DNA of 42,844 nucleotides from the IMG/VR virus record IMGVR_UViG_3300017909_001134, positions 1 through 42,844 of that record; one strand, 5' to 3'. Of this stretch, positions 7,491 to 18,454 are shown in pieces (the first letter of the stretch is position 1; each line of letters opens with the position of its first letter). This DNA is from a virus (taxonomy: Duplodnaviria; Caudoviricetes). Below the pieces are notes generated by a model. It was not told the DNA's origin, did no database searches, and saw only the letters and a list, made by a program, of their open reading frames with translations. The translations under genes were made by a program, and so were the position numbers.

Positions 7491-10400
7491 GGTCTTTGTT
7501 TCTTTTTTATTTTATTAATCATGTAATCTGTTATTTTTGTAGGACTCCAGTCCTCTGGTAAGATTGGATTCTCATTACCAAAAGCATTATTATAATTTTG
7601 AATAATTCTAAAAGCTTTATCACTATCCCCATCTATAATAGCTTGCTTAATCTCAGGTAGTCTTATTTGCTTTATTCTTTTAACATAAGATTCTCTCTGT
7701 CCGGGTGCAAGCTTTCTCTCAAATCTTTCTAATCCTCTTCTTGGTATAGTTCCTAATAATGGTGCAATATATTTAGGAGCTCTTAGTGCCGCACCTATAC
7801 CATAATCTTTTGAATCATTTAATGTTCTAGTAAAAGCACTCCATATCTTATCAAAGTCTTGAACTACCGCTGGTTTAAATGCAAACTCTAATGCTCTTAT
7901 TCTGTTTTCATTTGCTACGATATCTCCAATCACACCAAATGCACCGACAGAAGCAAACCTATCTACAAAATCATTTGTTGTAAAGTTTCTCATATCAACA
8001 TCTTGACTCATACCTTGAGATGTCATAGGAACTGCCTCCGGTAAATCTTTAAACAATAAAAATCTATTATCATCATATACTTTATTACCTGATATAAGCT
8101 CTGCTAAATAATCTCTTGCCCAAGTAACCATTTCTCCACCAGCCATACCAGCCGCCGCTAGTCTTAACATAGGGAATATATTACCACGCTTTAGCTCCAT
8201 AGTTAATTGTTCTCTCATCCAATTAAATTGTTTGTAACCAAACTTTTTAAACAAAAAGAATGGTCGCCAACGAGGATCAAGCATAGCTGATGCTTCGTTA
8301 ATTACATTTCTTTGTAACTGACTATCTCTTGAAAATCTATACATAGCTTCTAATTCTAATTGCTTTCCCTTTTTAGAATTAAAATTAACCTTACTATTCT
8401 CAATACCTAATGCTTTTAAATTATCAATAGCCCATTGCCTTCTGTTAATTCTTCTACCTCCAAAAATAGATGGTATTCCTATATCTACCAGTGAGCTCTT
8501 ATTATTAGCTGTCTTCTGTAATGCGGATATCCATTCTTTAGCCGCCGCCGCTGATACTAATTGATTTATTTTATTAGCAAACTGAAACCCTGTACCCTTT
8601 GTAGTTATATTAGCAAATGTAGAAGTCCATCCCTCTGATGGTTCAAGCCCAGCAATAAGTTGAAATACACTTAAATTAGATACACCAGACTTTCTTATAT
8701 CATCTCTGTATTTTTTACCTTCTTTAGTTGGCATAGCCATTTTTAATGTACCTTTTATTATAGGCATATAACCAGTCTTAACTGCTGTAGATATAAACAA
8801 CTGAGTTATATTAGGAACTACAGCAAATCCCAATCCTATCTTTGTACCTATTTCTAAATTGACAACATCACTCCAAAACTTTCTTGCAGTAGGAGTTTTC
8901 CAATTATAGGTAGGGTCTATTTCTATTTTATTAGTGTATGATTTAAATAATTGATCTAACAACCTAGCTTCTTCTGCTAATTTTTTAGATAGCTTTTGAT
9001 TACCTTGCTTTAATTGTTCTTTAGATGCTTTTCTTAAACCACCTATTCGACTATAAAATTTCTCACCTTTACTACCAAACATTTTAACAAAAGCTATTCT
9101 CCTAGATAGTTGTTTAGTGTATCTAGCAAGTACAAGCCTAGCATCTCTTTCTAAAAATGCTTTAGGTATTTTCTCAGCAGTCCTAGATATCTCTGCATTT
9201 TTAGCTACATTATGATATTCAATAGTAACTCTTTCATTTAACTCATAAAGAGCTTGCGATACTTTCTGTGCATATTCTCTAGAATTAATATTTTGCTTAT
9301 CTTTTTTTGTGACACCACCTACTTTTTCTAATACTAAAATAGTACTAGGGTCTAATTTTTTGTTTTTTACATAACTAGATACAATATCTTGAAATGATTT
9401 TCTATTGCTGGAATTTTTATCAAAAAGCAATGACGGATTTTCAGAACCAATCTTTGCTATATCATTACTAAACTTTGCCAAAAACTCAGGTTTTATCATT
9501 CTTGGAAAATAATTTTCTTCATATCTACCTAAGTCGATACCAGCCTCTTCAGCTCTATCCCATATATTTTTTAATACTTTCTTTATCTTTATTACTTCAT
9601 CAAAATGTGGAAGTTGCCTACCTAGTTTAGTATTATCTGGATTATACCTAGGGTCTTCTAATGCATCGGCAATCTCTTCAGCCCTTTTAATTTGTTTTTT
9701 CTTTTTAAATAATCCACCTTTTAATAATCCTGTTGCATTAAGCTCTTGTATAAATGTACCTAATGTTGTCAATTCTAAAGCATCTGCTTTATTTAATTCT
9801 CTTATTGCAAGCTCACCAAACTGAGTTGATACTCTATTTTTTGTTTGTCTCCAAGCTTTAGGTAATGTTGGTAATATTTCATCTAGTAATCTTTTCCTAG
9901 GAAGTAAGTCTCCTTCCCATCCAGACTTAGTAAATGAATCTTTTAAATCAGAAACTCTTTTCTCATGTCTTAATTCATTTAATAACTTCACTTGCTCAAC
10001 CGCCGTCAAACCCTTTAATCCTCTTGGATCTTTTTTATCTATAGTTCCTTCTATTTTTACAGCACCAGCATACTCTTTTATTTTTTCATTACTAAAACCT
10101 AATTGTTTTTGCAATTTAGATATCTTAGTATTTCTACCTCTAGCCAAACCTTCTGGTGTCTGAGCAGAGCTCTCTCTTCTAAACATTACCCTATTAAAAC
10201 TATCATAAGAAACAGTTTCTTCTTTTTGACTTTCTTTATTTCTTAGAGTAACTCTTTTATTTTTATCATCAAATTTTAATCTATCATATCTAGTTCCATT
10301 TTTATTTACAAAAACTTCTTCTAATTCTATAATATTTCTTAATGTCTTCTTTTTGTTATCAGGTGCAGTATCCATTGCATATCTAGCGGCAGTTTCAGCA

Positions 10401-11485
10401 TCCATAATACTATCATATTTCTTAGTACGCATTGCATTATAACCTTTTTTAGCCGCTCCAAATGCATACCTCTGTGCTGTTAATCCACCTATAGTAGCCG
10501 CCGCATGTACATATCCTTCTACATTAATATCTTCACCACTAAGAACTGGTGCTATTGTACCAAACTCTGCTGTTTCTATTGCCTTAACTGCTGTTTCCTG
10601 TACTATCTTTTGTGCCTTAGTTGTTGCAGGTTTTAATTTATTAAAAAAAGCTCTTGATACTGGTTGTGTACCACTTGTAACTGCACCAAGTACAGCACCT
10701 TTCAAGCCTTCTTTCAAGGCTACTACTTCATCTACATCACCCTGCTCTATCTTTGTAGCTAACGCAGTTGATAAACCACTATAAAAACCTAACCCTACAC
10801 CACCACCTGCACCCTGTATCAATGCTTTATGAACTACCCTAGGAGCGGCATTTTGTACTGCTCTCCTAGCTGTAGCTTCAGGTATTTCTGCTTTTATCAT
10901 TGCTTTTATAGCCTGATCGGGAGCACCGCCCAATACTTGCATTGCTACTTTATCATCTATTTTATTTGCAATTAATTTTTTAGTAGATGTCTTTTTCAAT
11001 CCTTGTTTAATAGCTTGTTTTGCACCTTCTTTCAATGCAGTCCTAGCTCCAAAGCCACCTATACCACCACCAGCTACCATAGTTGCAAGGTCTAATGGTT
11101 GTAAAAAAGAAATTAACGTAGCACCAACATCCTCCAGTAAATTTAAATCATAATTTTTTATGGGCTGTCCATTCTTAACTCTCTCTGTAAGTCCTGTAAT
11201 ACTATTTTGATATCCAGCTTTTACCCAGTCTGGCATCCAACTAGGAGGCTGATACCCATATATAGTTTCATCCTGACTAGAAGTACTAAGCTTTTCTATT
11301 TCAGAATCTCTTTCTGATATAAACTTTAAAGGGTCAAATGAATCATCAACATCATAAGAAGATTCTAAATAGTCACCAGTAGCATCTATTTGTTGTAGAA
11401 TATTATCTGTTGCTGATTGTGGGTTTTTAAATAATATGTCTAACGTCTTATCGTAAAGATCGTATTGTTCTGGTTTAGCAGACAT
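7487..11485 (-). CDS. Large internal virion / DNA ejection protein
   Basis: 1332 aa at the end of the podovirus-like late operon; Gly/Ala-rich hydrophobic N-terminal helices and a basic helical body. Confidence 0.65.
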   Translation of the reverse strand: MSAKPEQYDLYDKTLDILFKNPQSATDNILQQIDATGDYLESSYDVDDSFDPLKFISERDSEIEKLSTSSQDETIYGYQPPSWMPDWVKAGYQNSITGLTERVKNGQPIKNYDLNLLEDVGATLISFLQPLDLATMVAGGGIGGFGARTALKEGAKQAIKQGLKKTSTKKLIANKIDDKVAMQVLGGAPDQAIKAMIKAEIPEATARRAVQNAAPRVVHKALIQGAGGGVGLGFYSGLSTALATKIEQGDVDEVVALKEGLKGAVLGAVTSGTQPVSRAFFNKLKPATTKAQKIVQETAVKAIETAEFGTIAPVLSGEDINVEGYVHAAATIGGLTAQRYAFGAAKKGYNAMRTKKYDSIMDAETAARYAMDTAPDNKKKTLRNIIELEEVFVNKNGTRYDRLKFDDKNKRVTLRNKESQKEETVSYDSFNRVMFRRESSAQTPEGLARGRNTKISKLQKQLGFSNEKIKEYAGAVKIEGTIDKKDPRGLKGLTAVEQVKLLNELRHEKRVSDLKDSFTKSGWEGDLLPRKRLLDEILPTLPKAWRQTKNRVSTQFGELAIRELNKADALELTTLGTFIQELNATGLLKGGLFKKKKQIKRAEEIADALEDPRYNPDNTKLGRQLPHFDEVIKIKKVLKNIWDRAEEAGIDLGRYEENYFPRMIKPEFLAKFSNDIAKIGSENPSLLFDKNSSNRKSFQDIVSSYVKNKKLDPSTILVLEKVGGVTKKDKQNINSREYAQKVSQALYELNERVTIEYHNVAKNAEISRTAEKIPKAFLERDARLVLARYTKQLSRRIAFVKMFGSKGEKFYSRIGGLRKASKEQLKQGNQKLSKKLAEEARLLDQLFKSYTNKIEIDPTYNWKTPTARKFWSDVVNLEIGTKIGLGFAVVPNITQLFISTAVKTGYMPIIKGTLKMAMPTKEGKKYRDDIRKSGVSNLSVFQLIAGLEPSEGWTSTFANITTKGTGFQFANKINQLVSAAAAKEWISALQKTANNKSSLVDIGIPSIFGGRRINRRQWAIDNLKALGIENSKVNFNSKKGKQLELEAMYRFSRDSQLQRNVINEASAMLDPRWRPFFLFKKFGYKQFNWMREQLTMELKRGNIFPMLRLAAAGMAGGEMVTWARDYLAELISGNKVYDDNRFLLFKDLPEAVPMTSQGMSQDVDMRNFTTNDFVDRFASVGAFGVIGDIVANENRIRALEFAFKPAVVQDFDKIWSAFTRTLNDSKDYGIGAALRAPKYIAPLLGTIPRRGLERFERKLAPGQRESYVKRIKQIRLPEIKQAIIDGDSDKAFRIIQNYNNAFGNENPILPEDWSPTKITDYMINKIKKKQRP

Positions 11486-11489
11486 ATTA

Positions 11490-13205
11490 TTAAGAGGCTA
11501 ATCTTTTTAAAGTATCTTTTAATTTACTTACTGAAACACCAGTGTTTCTTGATAACTGTGTGTAAAATCTATCTGTATAATCACTATCTGAAAAATCACC
11601 AGTTTGAGGATCAATAAAATCACCAATCTTATTAGAAATTTGTTTACTTAATTGTTGTATGCTTGTGTTTATTCTTTTCAACTCTCTTTTTTTAGAAGCT
11701 CCTTGTAAAGTACTTACCTCTGCTTTTTCATAATCAGACAATAAATTAAACAGCTTTCTAACTGGAGAGGTTTTTTTACTACCTAATGCATTAGCAATAG
11801 ATGATGGATTTCTATCTCGACTAGATTTAAATTCTGAAACAGGTTTTATTCCCTCCTCTACTACAGGTTTATCAATAGTCATATCTTCTTCTAAACCCAT
11901 ATCTAGAGGTGGTAAGGATGACTCATCGCTATCTACAGACTCTGTAGCAGATACTCTATCTGGTAATACTCTATCTAAAATAAAATTAGATTCTGTATCT
12001 TGTGGTAAATCCTGTAATTCATTTGTATCCTGTATTTCATTAATAATTTCAGGAGATTGAATTGGCTGTTGTGCATCAACCACAACTGGTACATCCTCAT
12101 TAATTATAGCTAAATTATCTTCTACTTGTTTTTGATTCATCGCTATTTGATTAGATACATCATCCATTTCACTATCTGTTATGGCTGGTTGATCTGGAAT
12201 TATATCTGAAGGTATAGAAGAAACTGCACTAGCCATAGACTGTGCACCAGCAGGATTCATTTGCATTAAAGCATCTAATTTTCCAAATACAGCTCTATTA
12301 GATTCTAAATTAGATAAAGTATCAACTCTATACCTACTTCGTATTTCCTGTATTCTATCATCAACTTGTTTTAATCTTTTATCTTCAATATCAAACATAA
12401 CTTTATTAGGAGTACTACCCTTTTCACTATAAGCTTGTTTGTTTTTAATTATATCACTTCTTTCATCTAAAAGTGTTTTTACCTCACCACTATCTTCATC
12501 ACCACTTAAAGGATTAAAAGATGCATAATCATCTGGAGATAAGAACCCAAACGGTATTTGAGAAGCTCTTCTATCTAACTTATCTTTTTTGTTTAATAAT
12601 TGAATGTAAGCTGGTGAATCATTTTTAAAAAATAAACTATTCTCATATTTTTTAAAAAAATCTTTTAATCTTAATTGATTTTTAGCAATATCTCTAGGAC
12701 TAGAAAACTCATTAACATTTTGTTGTAAAAATTCAAGTTCATCATTAAATGTTTTTCTTTCTTCATTTAAAGAAATTAAAGATGCTACATTAGAATCTTG
12801 ATCTACTTTACCTTTATTAATTAAATAATTTAATCCTAATTCTGGACTAATATCAGTAAAACCTTCATATATTAATTTATCCCTATCAGATTTTTCTTTA
12901 TTATTTATTTTAATTCTTTCTAATTCAATTTGATCCTTTAAGAGTTGTTGTTCATCGTCGTATTTATTTTTTTCTCTTAATAAATCTGCATTATACCTTT
13001 CATCAGCTATTCTATTTCTTTCATTTCTATAATCTATCTCATCTTGATATCTTTGCTCAGCTAACTCTTGCCTTTGTAGAGCTAATTGATTCTGCTGATA
13101 CTGATTAATATATTGTGGTAATGCATCAAGAAAGTCAGCTAAGGGAGTTTCATAAGTACCCGCTGGCATTGATTGTCTTCTACTATATATACTTCTTCTA
13201 GCCAT
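11490..13205 (-). CDS. Putative ejection protein (coiled-coil, acidic linker)
   Basis: Position between ejection-type genes; Q/E/R-rich coiled coil. Confidence 0.55.
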   Translation of the reverse strand: MARRSIYSRRQSMPAGTYETPLADFLDALPQYINQYQQNQLALQRQELAEQRYQDEIDYRNERNRIADERYNADLLREKNKYDDEQQLLKDQIELERIKINNKEKSDRDKLIYEGFTDISPELGLNYLINKGKVDQDSNVASLISLNEERKTFNDELEFLQQNVNEFSSPRDIAKNQLRLKDFFKKYENSLFFKNDSPAYIQLLNKKDKLDRRASQIPFGFLSPDDYASFNPLSGDEDSGEVKTLLDERSDIIKNKQAYSEKGSTPNKVMFDIEDKRLKQVDDRIQEIRSRYRVDTLSNLESNRAVFGKLDALMQMNPAGAQSMASAVSSIPSDIIPDQPAITDSEMDDVSNQIAMNQKQVEDNLAIINEDVPVVVDAQQPIQSPEIINEIQDTNELQDLPQDTESNFILDRVLPDRVSATESVDSDESSLPPLDMGLEEDMTIDKPVVEEGIKPVSEFKSSRDRNPSSIANALGSKKTSPVRKLFNLLSDYEKAEVSTLQGASKKRELKRINTSIQQLSKQISNKIGDFIDPQTGDFSDSDYTDRFYTQLSRNTGVSVSKLKDTLKRLAS

Positions 13206-13207
13206 AT

Positions 13208-14683
13208 CTAATCTTGACCTGCTTGTTCATCTGCGTAAAATTCATATTCAGTAAGCCATTCACTTCCATTATAAATATAATTCTGACCACCAAAGTTATA
13301 TGTTGCACCTTCTGATGGCATCGGTGGTGGACTCCAACTAGGATTATCAGTTGGTACATTAGTTCTATAACTATAATCTTTATCAAACTCAACTCCACTA
13401 GCAAAAAGGTCAGCCATAGTGCCTAACGTCTGTGATTCAAAATCTCTTTGTGCTTGTTCAGCAGTTTCACCTATTAAATCCCTACCAGCACCTATAGCTG
13501 ATGTAGCCGCTCTCTGTCTCGCACCAAAGCCTCCACCTAAACTAGAAAGACCCATACCGCCTGTCATAGATAATAAACCTTGCTCAGTTCTTTCTTTTGC
13601 TCTTTCTATCTCACCGGGATCAAACTGTTGGAACATGCCTAGTTGTTCTTCCGTAGGCTCAAATCCAGCTTCTTGCAGTATTCTTTCTGCTGTATACCCA
13701 CCATCTTGAAAACCTAAAGGACTGTTATATTGATTTACCTTATCTGATAATGCCATCATCGCATCTTGCACACTAGGAGAGCTATCTGTTTCATATAAAT
13801 CATATAAACTATCAGCTTCTTCTAGTTGTAAAAATGGGTTATCCATAAGACCCCTAGCTGTTGTCCTAGTGGCAAACTCATCCCCACCCATTCCATAAAG
13901 CCTAGCTAAGCCTCTTTTAATTTCATTACCCCTATTGCTATATAAATTTTTACTAGCAAAATCTTTTACCATGCCTATTAAATTTTTTGATGGCATATTT
14001 ACATTTGGTTTAAACTTAGATATAGGCTGTCTTTTTATTTGTAAATTATCAGAATATTCACTTAACATTCCAACATCACTAGGATCAAAAACATCTTCAA
14101 ACTCAGGTCTTAAAAAAGGATTATCTGCAAGTGCTTGTTCAGTTACTTTACTAGCATACGCATCACCGCCTATACCAAAAGTTCTAGCTAAATATCCCTT
14201 TCTAAATGGATTGCTTTCTTTATACATAGAAGAAGGATTAAAATAAACAGATGCGGCTGTGTTAAGTCCAGCACCTAAAGCTCTTCTTCCCATGTCTCTA
14301 GTATAATCACGACTAGCTTGTTGAACATCTTTTAATTCTTGCTGATAAAATACAGTTCCAGATTTGTCATATTTTTTAGTTTTACCAGCACCGAGCCCCT
14401 CTCCAATTCTAGTTCCTAAACCTGCACCTAAACCAGCCCCAATCGCTAAACTTGCCCCGCCTGTAATTGGTGCAAGAGCCGCACCTAATAAACCACCAGC
14501 TAACCTACCAATACTACCAAAAGTTGAACCCTTTTTTTGCCTCTTAGCTTCTATCCTTCGTTGTCTCTCTAGTCTTTCTCTGTCTTTCTGTGCTTGTAAA
14601 ACCCTAGCAAGAGCAGTACCACCAGCAGTGCTAGTTAAGCCACCAGTCTGCATCATGTTAAATAAATTATTTGGATTGTTCAT
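13208..14683 (-). CDS. Putative ejection/pilot protein with glycine-zipper membrane segment
   Basis: GSIGRLAGGLLGAALAPITGGASLAIGAGLGAGLG; MQTGG and FQDGG motifs. Confidence 0.65.
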   Translation of the reverse strand: MNNPNNLFNMMQTGGLTSTAGGTALARVLQAQKDRERLERQRRIEAKRQKKGSTFGSIGRLAGGLLGAALAPITGGASLAIGAGLGAGLGTRIGEGLGAGKTKKYDKSGTVFYQQELKDVQQASRDYTRDMGRRALGAGLNTAASVYFNPSSMYKESNPFRKGYLARTFGIGGDAYASKVTEQALADNPFLRPEFEDVFDPSDVGMLSEYSDNLQIKRQPISKFKPNVNMPSKNLIGMVKDFASKNLYSNRGNEIKRGLARLYGMGGDEFATRTTARGLMDNPFLQLEEADSLYDLYETDSSPSVQDAMMALSDKVNQYNSPLGFQDGGYTAERILQEAGFEPTEEQLGMFQQFDPGEIERAKERTEQGLLSMTGGMGLSSLGGGFGARQRAATSAIGAGRDLIGETAEQAQRDFESQTLGTMADLFASGVEFDKDYSYRTNVPTDNPSWSPPPMPSEGATYNFGGQNYIYNGSEWLTEYEFYADEQAGQD

Positions 14684-14695
14684 GGTAAAAGTCCT

Positions 14696-14727
14696 TTGAA
14701 TTTAATAATAAATATGTTATAACGCAC
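14696..14727 (-). promoter_or_regulatory. Late-type promoter motif TTATTATTAAATTCAAA
   Basis: Near-identical 17-mer is also found upstream of the endolysin and of the first late gene. Confidence 0.6.
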
Positions 14728-14736
14728 ATAATATTG

Positions 14737-15393
14737 TTACCCGGCACTAATTTTTAAAGTTCCAGAATCATTCCATAATTGACCAGCGTTACTTGGATCG
14801 CTTGTTGGTAAAGCTGTAAATTTTATTATAACACATTCAGAGCTTAATGTATTAGTTCCTGAATCAACCTTTAAAGCATTTTGAATCGTATCAGATTCTA
14901 CTCTAAAATCAATTCCAGCCTCGCCTTGGTTATTAATAATTACTCCTTCTGAGTTGACGCCTAATGAAACATTACCATTAGCATTACCATGTGCAGATCT
15001 AAAATTAATTGTATTAGTACCAAATTGAATATTTGTCCCTGTATTTCCAGTATGTTCAACAATTTGAGTTGCAGACAATGTTCCATTTATATCAAAATCA
15101 CCATCTAAATCAATACTACCATTTACGTCTAATACTCCATCTACTTTTAAATTATTACCAACTGTAAGATCTGATCCTACATTTAAATTTTTATTTACAG
15201 TATAGTTATTATCAGTATCCATATAAGATACCCATAATCTACCTTGTTCTTTTCTGTATCTTTCTAGTCTATTAGACTTAGATATATAAATAACTTCTTG
15301 CCCTTCTCTAAGTGAATTAACAGATGGTTGTGATCTTACTACCTGTATTTTATCTTGTTTAGAATTTTGTGTTCTTCTTGTTTCTCTAATCAT
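14737..15393 (-). CDS. Tail needle / short fibre-like protein
   Basis: Beta-repeat (LNVGSDLTVGNNLKVDG) and C-terminal LPTSDPSNAGQLWNDSGTLKIS module; follows the nozzle gene. Confidence 0.6.
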   Translation of the reverse strand: MIRETRRTQNSKQDKIQVVRSQPSVNSLREGQEVIYISKSNRLERYRKEQGRLWVSYMDTDNNYTVNKNLNVGSDLTVGNNLKVDGVLDVNGSIDLDGDFDINGTLSATQIVEHTGNTGTNIQFGTNTINFRSAHGNANGNVSLGVNSEGVIINNQGEAGIDFRVESDTIQNALKVDSGTNTLSSECVIIKFTALPTSDPSNAGQLWNDSGTLKISAG

Positions 15394-18002
15394 TAAGTGT
15401 CTCTTTTATATATTTCTCTATACTCTATACTAATATCATTTATTTCTACATTTGCTGAAGTAGCTGATGTATCAAGAAAAACATGAGCTTTTGTACAAGA
15501 CACAATAGAACTAGGAGTTAACTTTACCGTTTTATAAGCACTGGTAATTGCCAATTCACCTGATAACGTATGAGCTGTAGCATCATCTAAAGATACTAAT
15601 TTAAAAAGATTTGTTAATGCTACACTTGACTTATAAGTTACATAAACTGCGTATATCTTTTTTATTCTAGCCGCATCTCCAAAGTCAAAGTCTTTTGTTT
15701 TAAAAGACACATTTGATACGGCTTGAAAATCTCTATGTAATTGATAGAATCTTGTACGATTGCCACCTGAGTTTTCTATAGTACCCACTAAAACATTTGG
15801 AGTGTCAGAAAAACTAGTGTCCACTACATTAGTAATATTGTCATGTGCAAAATCTTTTAAAAATGTAAAATTACCTTTCTTTAAATCATACATATAAGTA
15901 TCACCATCACCACCACAATTCTTAACTACATATATTAAACTAGTAGCTTCGTCATATATAATCATTGAGTTGGTAGATACGAAGGTATACCAAGTATTGT
16001 CATCTATTTTATTTTCTGATAAGTCTCTTATCTGAGAACCATCATAAAAATACAAACCTTGTTTATTTACCCAGACTACACCATATTGAGTCTTTACAAC
16101 TGCACCATGAAACTCTACCCCCATATAGTTCTTACTATCTTCTAAGAACCAATTAGCATCGCTAGGACTAGATATGTTTATAATATCTAAGCTTCTTCTT
16201 TTGTAAGCTAATAATCTATCAGCAAATGATTGTATAGCTGTATATGAATCAGCATCCCCCTTAGCCGCTTCTATAAAATTAAATGACGGAAAAGTATCCA
16301 ATCTATTGGGCATAGAATACATAATCCTATCAGGGAAATGAGTAACATCTGCTTCACCAGCTAACCCTGATATATTATGTTGCCCCTTATTTTCATCTTT
16401 AACTCTAGTATTACAAACAAATACCCTATTGTTTGACACTACTGAATCTTTATATGTCTCACCAATACCACCAATATGATTTGAAAAGATATTAGATGGA
16501 TAACCATTTATAGTTTCGTATGTTAAGAAACTTAAAGAATCAACATCTAAATATGTTGTTACTGAATCTCCAATAAAAAACTCAGAATTATTAGATGCAT
16601 ACTTCCAAGGTGTGAAATCTCCAGATAGATCTGTTCTTGCACCTTTTGTAAGATCAATATCTAATAACAAGTTAAATTCATCATCAGTACCTGACTCTCT
16701 AATATATATTCTACCACCAGATATTCTAGGGTCATAAGCACCTTTAGCTCCTATTTGTACACTTAGGCTTTTAAATGCAGTAGCTGATAAAGTTGTATCT
16801 GACGAGTTTAAAGTAGATATAGGAGAATTGTCTAATTTACTATAATGACTCAATAAACTTTCTTGATTGCCATCATACACAAATGATTGTGCAAATTCGT
16901 ATGTTTTTTCTTCTATCAATCCCTCATTACTAGATGAAAAGCATTTTAAATTAAATCCTAATCCAGCAGTTGGATAAGTTAAGGCAGTACCACTATTCTT
17001 TTCATATTGACCAAATGAAGGTGGTTTAAGATCATTATCTTTTGCATAATAACCACTATACTCATAAGTATATTGATTACCCGGATATGCAAAGTGTTGC
17101 CTAGATATCCAGCCATACCACTTAACTCTGCTATTAGTATCTAAATTAGTATCAAAACATCGTATAGAATCTTCTGATCTATGATATAAAACCTTACTAT
17201 TACCATCATCATCACTTTGAGATTGTAATGCAATAACATCAGTTGTCCATCCACCTTTTTTAGTTGAATAAACATCTATTTTATGCTCATCGGGGTGAGC
17301 TAGTAATAATACTTGATCTCCAGAGGGAATACCGGATATTACCGCTGTTGCAAATTGTACGACTGTACCTTCTTCAAGACCGCCTAAAGCGGTTGAAATC
17401 ATATTATTAGGAGCTTTATTTAAATGTATTACAGTAGCACCCTCAGAGCCAACGATTGTATATATACCATCCATAGAACCAGTTGTTATACTGGTAGCCG
17501 CTCCACCACTACCACTAGTAGAGCCAGATATTAATATTTCAGTACCAACAGGAAACCAATTAGCTAAATTAATTGCAGTACCAGCACTTGCATTACTACC
17601 ACTATCAGGATCTTGTTTTACACTACCGTCACTATTAGCAGCTAAATAAACTTTTCTAGGAGAATCTGTATATATAAAAGTAAATCCCTCACCGGGACTT
17701 CCAGCAGTTCCAGTTATATCTAAAGATCTGGTAACACTATCTGCAACAGCATGATCTGTTTCAAAATAACCCAATCCGTAACCAGCTTCTAAATGATCTA
17801 TATGATCACCAGCGGCTGTTTGATAAGCATCCCCTAAATAATTACTAGAGGTCTTCATATTAAATGCACCACCAATTGCACCTTGTTTAGTAAAGGTTAG
17901 ATTAGATACATCTGCAACTTCATTATCTGCTATGTCGGCAGGGTCTTTTAGATTATTCAGTCCCCCTGAAAAATCTTTTATTTGATATAATCTCTTTGGC
18001 AC
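15393..18002 (-). CDS. Tail nozzle/hub protein (P22 gp10 / T7 gp12-like beta-propeller)
   Basis: N-terminal IKDFSGGLN motif, beta-rich propeller-like repeats, C-terminal FKTKDFDFG...KKI motif. Confidence 0.75.
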   Translation of the reverse strand: MPKRLYQIKDFSGGLNNLKDPADIADNEVADVSNLTFTKQGAIGGAFNMKTSSNYLGDAYQTAAGDHIDHLEAGYGLGYFETDHAVADSVTRSLDITGTAGSPGEGFTFIYTDSPRKVYLAANSDGSVKQDPDSGSNASAGTAINLANWFPVGTEILISGSTSGSGGAATSITTGSMDGIYTIVGSEGATVIHLNKAPNNMISTALGGLEEGTVVQFATAVISGIPSGDQVLLLAHPDEHKIDVYSTKKGGWTTDVIALQSQSDDDGNSKVLYHRSEDSIRCFDTNLDTNSRVKWYGWISRQHFAYPGNQYTYEYSGYYAKDNDLKPPSFGQYEKNSGTALTYPTAGLGFNLKCFSSSNEGLIEEKTYEFAQSFVYDGNQESLLSHYSKLDNSPISTLNSSDTTLSATAFKSLSVQIGAKGAYDPRISGGRIYIRESGTDDEFNLLLDIDLTKGARTDLSGDFTPWKYASNNSEFFIGDSVTTYLDVDSLSFLTYETINGYPSNIFSNHIGGIGETYKDSVVSNNRVFVCNTRVKDENKGQHNISGLAGEADVTHFPDRIMYSMPNRLDTFPSFNFIEAAKGDADSYTAIQSFADRLLAYKRRSLDIINISSPSDANWFLEDSKNYMGVEFHGAVVKTQYGVVWVNKQGLYFYDGSQIRDLSENKIDDNTWYTFVSTNSMIIYDEATSLIYVVKNCGGDGDTYMYDLKKGNFTFLKDFAHDNITNVVDTSFSDTPNVLVGTIENSGGNRTRFYQLHRDFQAVSNVSFKTKDFDFGDAARIKKIYAVYVTYKSSVALTNLFKLVSLDDATAHTLSGELAITSAYKTVKLTPSSIVSCTKAHVFLDTSATSANVEINDISIEYREIYKRDT

Positions 18003-18005
18003 TGA

Positions 18006-18239
18006 TTACTTTTTTATCAAGCCTTCTATAACGTCAGTAACAAGATCAACACACTTCTCAAAGAATATCTGTTCTTTCTCTTCACTAACAAAAGGGATAT
18101 CAATTTTTTTATTTATTTTAGTAGCAAGCTTTTCTTTAAAGTCATCAGACTGCACATGCTCAACCATACCATCTGCATACTTCTCTACAATTTGATCTTT
18201 AGCCTTATCTATAATTTCTGCTAATATTAGTTTACTCAT
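18006..18239 (-). CDS. Hypothetical protein
   Basis: AGGAG RBS; INKKIDIPFVSEEKE. Confidence 0.7.
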   Translation of the reverse strand: MSKLILAEIIDKAKDQIVEKYADGMVEHVQSDDFKEKLATKINKKIDIPFVSEEKEQIFFEKCVDLVTDVIEGLIKK

Positions 18240-18454
18240 TTTCTTTTCTCCTTTAGTATTTCTTTTATTTCTGCAATGTCTTCCATCATTACATCTAATT
18301 TATATTCTATTAATTCTTTATCTGCCTTAGCATTTAGCTGTGCTTTTAGTGCATTTATATCATACTTCATAAAGCCAAATGCTAGTGTCACCGCACATAT
18401 CATTGTAAGGATTGTAATAATATTCTCAACAGATATGTTTGTATTTAGCTTCAT
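18236..18454 (-). CDS. Small single-TM + coiled-coil protein (holin/accessory lysis candidate)
   Basis: Hydrophobic N-terminal helix and a heptad tail. Confidence 0.55.
   Translation of the reverse strand: MKLNTNISVENIITILTMICAVTLAFGFMKYDINALKAQLNAKADKELIEYKLDVMMEDIAEIKEILKEKRK

Noticed and set aside
7487-11485. Virion RNA polymerase (N4- or crAss-like)
   Set aside because: It is much shorter than those enzymes and I see no DxDGD or T7-type polymerase motifs. A structure search would settle it.
13419-14699. Plus-strand ORFs opposite late genes (also 18276, 18969, 23801, 25887, 27247, 29632-31645, 33481-34828, 36732, 37454)
   Set aside because: These are antisense shadows of well-supported genes, with no RBS or coherent context.
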